In this document: piece after piece, positions 59,845-64,000 of the stretch
Numbering within the stretch: the first letter of the stretch is position 1
Layout of the letters: the number at the start of each line of letters is the position of its first letter
Assembly (NCBI GenBank): GCA_051362555.1
Contig: CM120642.1
Location: 27,032,001-27,096,000, forward strand
Reading direction: 5' to 3'
DNA length: 64,000 nucleotides
From: Lingula anatina
Taxonomy: Eukaryota > Animalia > Brachiopoda
The notes under the pieces: model-generated
Seen by the model: the letters and a program-made list of their open reading frames with translations, nothing else
What the model was told of the DNA's origin: nothing
Databases searched by the model: none
Made by a program: the position numbers and the translations under genes

Positions 59845-62144
59845 CTGAAAGGAAATAAGAACATATTAAAAAGCTTTAATTGGACACTTTTCTTTTTACT
59901 TTTAATACCATTACTTTTTAATGTATTTAACTAATTTATAAAAAAAAAAAAAAAAAAACCTTTTAACATTGTACTTTATTTGTAAAGTTTACAGAACATA
60001 TTTTTATGGATTTTAGTCTCTAAATATTATTAAAGTATATTATAATTCATAGCATCAATAACATTATGGTGAACTTCTGCCAGCACTTCCAGCCTGGCAC
60101 TGGGGCCCATTTTACATTAACAACTTTAAACGAAAATCAGTCCTGCCAAGGACACCTACAAACTTAAACCAACTAATTTGTGTTTCACAAACAAGCTAAA
60201 ACACCACAACTTTAGTTTTTCATTTTTTAACAGTGCCTCTCGAGCAAATTGAAATTGTCTTGACAATGACTTCAATCTCTGTGGTGAGCCCACTGAAACA
60301 TCAGCTACAATTAATGTAGTCTACTAGAAATATCATTCACAAAAAAGCCTTTAAACAATATCTCATAAGTCAATAGTCTGTAAGTAATCCAAGTTAAGCA
60401 GTATTAGCTAAACCCAAAAACCTCAAGCTTTTTTTTTTTTTCTTTTCTTTTTTTTTTAAAGGCCCACTGGTCTTCCATCAGCGTATATTGTTTACTATTG
60501 TTAGATAAGTGCACCGGGAAGTATATCCCAGACATGCATGACCTGCAGTTATCTCCATATATATCCAACACACTACAGAAACTGCAAAGCACCTATACAT
60601 ACATGCATGTACCAAGACAGATGGTATTCACAACATGTATATATGCTAGTGAAAAACAGCTGGTGAAAAAGTTTACCCAATACACAGTTCACAGCAAATA
60701 TACAAACCATCTTGTGCTCATGGCTATAGTAGGTGATATTACAGTGTTATGTGTATATTCATTTGCTGGAATCATGGCATAACCTGCTATAGGCAGGTGG
60801 CAAATGATATTTTGGTATTATAAACCCCTGCTGGCTTAAAAAGAACCAAATCCAATACAGGTACAATAGTGCAATAAAGCCAGAGGGTCTGCTACACATG
60901 ACCTTACCAAGGCTAACTATCGAACTGTTTACTTGACAGGAGATATTTTGGCCAAATTTCAAGGTATTTTCCTTTAATTTTTTTTTTCACATTCCTCGAA
61001 GTTAATAATAATTTGGCAATTTCACAAACTGTGGCACTAACACCACATGTGGTGTGAAAGGATATGTTTGACACTAGGAGCCGTAATAAAAAACATTCAA
61101 TAATTCCAGGAATTTCTCTCCCTCTTTACAGCTTAGTTACATTTCAAGCTTGAAGGAACACAGTAGCTTACAGAAATACTAATCAAGACTGGGCCCAAGT
61201 ATTGGAAATGTTGTGAAACCCCAGGGGATGGTTCTCTTATCAGTAACGATATTTGCAGAAACCACCTGGACTTGAATGGAAAAAAAAAAAAAAGAAAATC
61301 TTCATTGTAAACCATCACTTCTTTTTCATAGTTCCTGTAAAAAGTCTTTCCCTAAGGATGACACTCATTAATAAAAGCAATGTAGGAATGCTGTGAAAAA
61401 GTACTAATAAGAAGCGAATATAGCTCAGAGACAGTAAATTAAAATGTTATCTTGAATATTCATATTTTCCTTTTTAGCCTGCATTAGAGTGAAAAAAACA
61501 TCTCAAATACTACATTTTCATTCACCAGCTAAACCAAATTTAAATAAAAATCAGGTTCTGAAAACTTATAAAAGGATTTTAGAATACTCGAAAGAGTTAT
61601 GTTTTGAAGGTTTTAGTACATTGACAAGGATGTCATCCACGTGTCATATACTTTCCGTAAACTTCAGGGTCAACACAAAGCTCCCAACATAAATCATTTG
61701 CTTGTTTCTCTAAATTTGTTTGTTTATTGCTTTTTCTGCCAAAAACTTCCTCGTAGCACTCACTGTTAACTTACTGCAAAAACAATACTTTCTTATGTCA
61801 TGGGGTGTTAATTTCCTGTTTCTTTTGAACTAATTACGCTAAGTGATTTTTTACAAGAAGGAGAAAACATTGGGATCAGTTTTTTTAGAAGTAAAAGGAT
61901 GTTTTAAGTACTTTCTATCCCTTTAACTCTAACAACAGTTCATGTGGACTTATCCTTAGGTTACTGTGTCTACCTTGCTGTTTTAAAACAAAAACAAAAT
62001 CTGCACATGCATTGATCGCTGTGCAGCAGGTTTGTTTTGTAATAAAGTCAATACCCCTGGTTGTGCAGGGATCAAGTAAAGTTCATGCTGACCCGGCCTT
62101 ACTACACATTTAGTTACTGGTTAGATAACATGCCGATTGATCTC

Positions 62145-62625
62145 AGAGTTCAATAGGGCTTTTCTTCCCGCTCATAACTGATTAGTTCCTGGGCATAAAA
62201 CACAACATGCTCTTAAATGCTTCACACCACTGTGACTTTGTACAGTGGCTCCATCTACATTTGAAACAGTGCAGTGATATGGATATATCACACTTTGGAG
62301 TGCAGTCTTGCTTTAAATATCAAAATTACATGAATGGTGATTTGCTTAATTTGCATAAAGAGAAGGAAATTCTACATTAATTAAGAGTTCAATAGGGCTT
62401 TTCTTCCCGCTCATAACTGATTAGTTCCTGGGCATAAAACACAACATGCTCTTAAATGCTTCACACCACTGTGACTTTGTACAGTGGCTCCATCTACATT
62501 TGAAACAGTGCAGTGATATGGATATATCACACTTTGGAGTGCAGTCTTGCTTTAAATATCAAAATTACATGAATGGTGATTTGCTTAATTTGCATAAAGA
62601 GAAGGAAATTCTACATTAATTAAGA
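62145..62625. repeat. Perfect tandem duplication, 2 x 239 bp
   Basis: 62145-62383 appears identical to 62384-62622; AGA microhomology at the junction. Confidence 0.95.
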
Positions 62626-63940
62626 ACTTAATTATAAAACTTTTTTTTGTCCTCTGATATAAAGAAATACCTTGGTGGAAGCACTGAAGGAACAAGGAGC
62701 CAAACTTTCAATAAGAAATGACGGAAATGAAAATATGTGTCAACAATTTTTATCAAATTGGAAATTTCACAGTAAACTCTGTTTGCATATTTGAAAATTA
62801 TTAAATCTGAAAATTTGATGGAAATTATCTACCAAATTTACACAAAAATGTTTCTTTTTTTCTTTTTATTTCTTCTTCTTGGTCTTGGTGACTATTGGTG
62901 CTGGGTAATTTCCAATTCGTCCATCCAGACTAGTGCTTTCAATCTTTGGTGCTAATAATCAGCGACAAAAGCCAGTTAAATATTCACAGTATTCCTCATT
63001 CATAGCTTATGCCATGTGGGTCTCGCTGGTAAACAATCAGTGAACGAGCTGCGTCCAGTGATGAGTGTGTTCATCTCCACAGAGCGCCACTCCAATCAAT
63101 ACTGCTGTAATTACAGTCTAACAGCAGGCTACTGTTGGAATAATCTATACACCAGGTACTTATACCCATAGGCAATCACTATGCACTGAACGTACTCGAC
63201 GTATATCGCACATTACCGAGTTGTTAACAAAAAAGAGCAACTGTAGTGTAGTAGAAACACACCTTGTTTTTAGTGATTGTGCCATATGAGTGGCCATATA
63301 TTAACAATGGCCATATCTTTATGTAGCAGTTTTCTTCTTTGTGTTCAAATGGTCACTTTACTTCTTTCATATGCCCTTCCCTCACTCCTTTACATTCATC
63401 TCCTTCCTCCTCTCTATTAAATAATTACCATTTAAATCTGTATTTTGTTCTGCATTTTGGTATACAGTATGTAAAAGAGTAAAGCTAGATCAGATATGTA
63501 TATCAATTTCAAATGAAAAGCAGCAGGAAGTAACACAGTACATACACATAATTTCCCCATTGTACCGTCAATAGTGCATAACAAATGACCGTGTTGCTCT
63601 CTCATGTATGCCTTATCTGCCATCCTCTAAATGTATAATTTATCGGCCAGTGAATCAAATTATGTTACCATAAGTCAAGGCTCCCCTCAAGAGGACAGCA
63701 AATGATAACAGGCTCCTTCAATTCATAGGCCGTGGAAAAAAAGCACATAAATATGGTCAATTACAGCCCACTTCACATATAAGTCAGTGTTGAATATACC
63801 CGGTTAATTATCGGCAATTTAGATATTAATGTCACTGTGGCGTGCCACCAAGACTGTGGTCCTTAGCAAGTGGCATTAAATAGGCTTGTTAATCTACTTG
63901 CTAAAACAGTTGATTTCAAACTAAGAATAAAGTATTGTAT

Positions 63941-64000
63941 CAGTGGCAGATTTGTGGGGGGGGGGGTTTCAGGGAGGTCCTGACCCCCCACCCCCCCACC
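63941..64000 (+). mobile_element. 5' end of a CAGTGGC(G/A)GATTT-type MITE, truncated by the window end
   Basis: CAGTGGCAGATTTGTGGGGG...GGTCCTGACCCCCC, similar to the termini at 19867-19905 and 36364. Confidence 0.5.

Overview
AT-rich, intron-containing animal genomic DNA, probably an invertebrate (the species cannot be determined from sequence alone). I reconstructed three spliced genes by hand from splice signals and reading-frame continuity. (1) The last three coding exons of a GH3-domain (GHDC-like) gene on + (134-1411). (2) A complete 9-coding-exon, 317-aa PP2C/PPM phosphatase on - (14587-7127), whose first coding intron is a textbook U12-type (minor spliceosome) GT-AG intron. (3) 18 exons (about 1275 aa, 5' end probably outside the window) of an AF4/FMR2-family (AFF/lilliputian) gene on - (59844-24576) with a ~3.7 kb 3'UTR. 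Introns carry several MITEs (Kolobok-like, PIF/Harbinger-like, CAGGGGCG-terminated elements with 5-bp TSDs), a 39-bp minisatellite, a perfect 239-bp tandem duplication and microsatellites. The most unusual observation is a 90-bp inverted copy of one AFF coding exon plus its 3' splice site, lying in an intron ~0.9 kb downstream. Seven of its 9 substitutions keep G-U pairing in the pre-mRNA, which suggests an RNA duplex that could drive splicing control or A-to-I editing. Most short ORFs in the supplied track are non-coding noise. No prokaryotic-type system (CRISPR etc.) is present.
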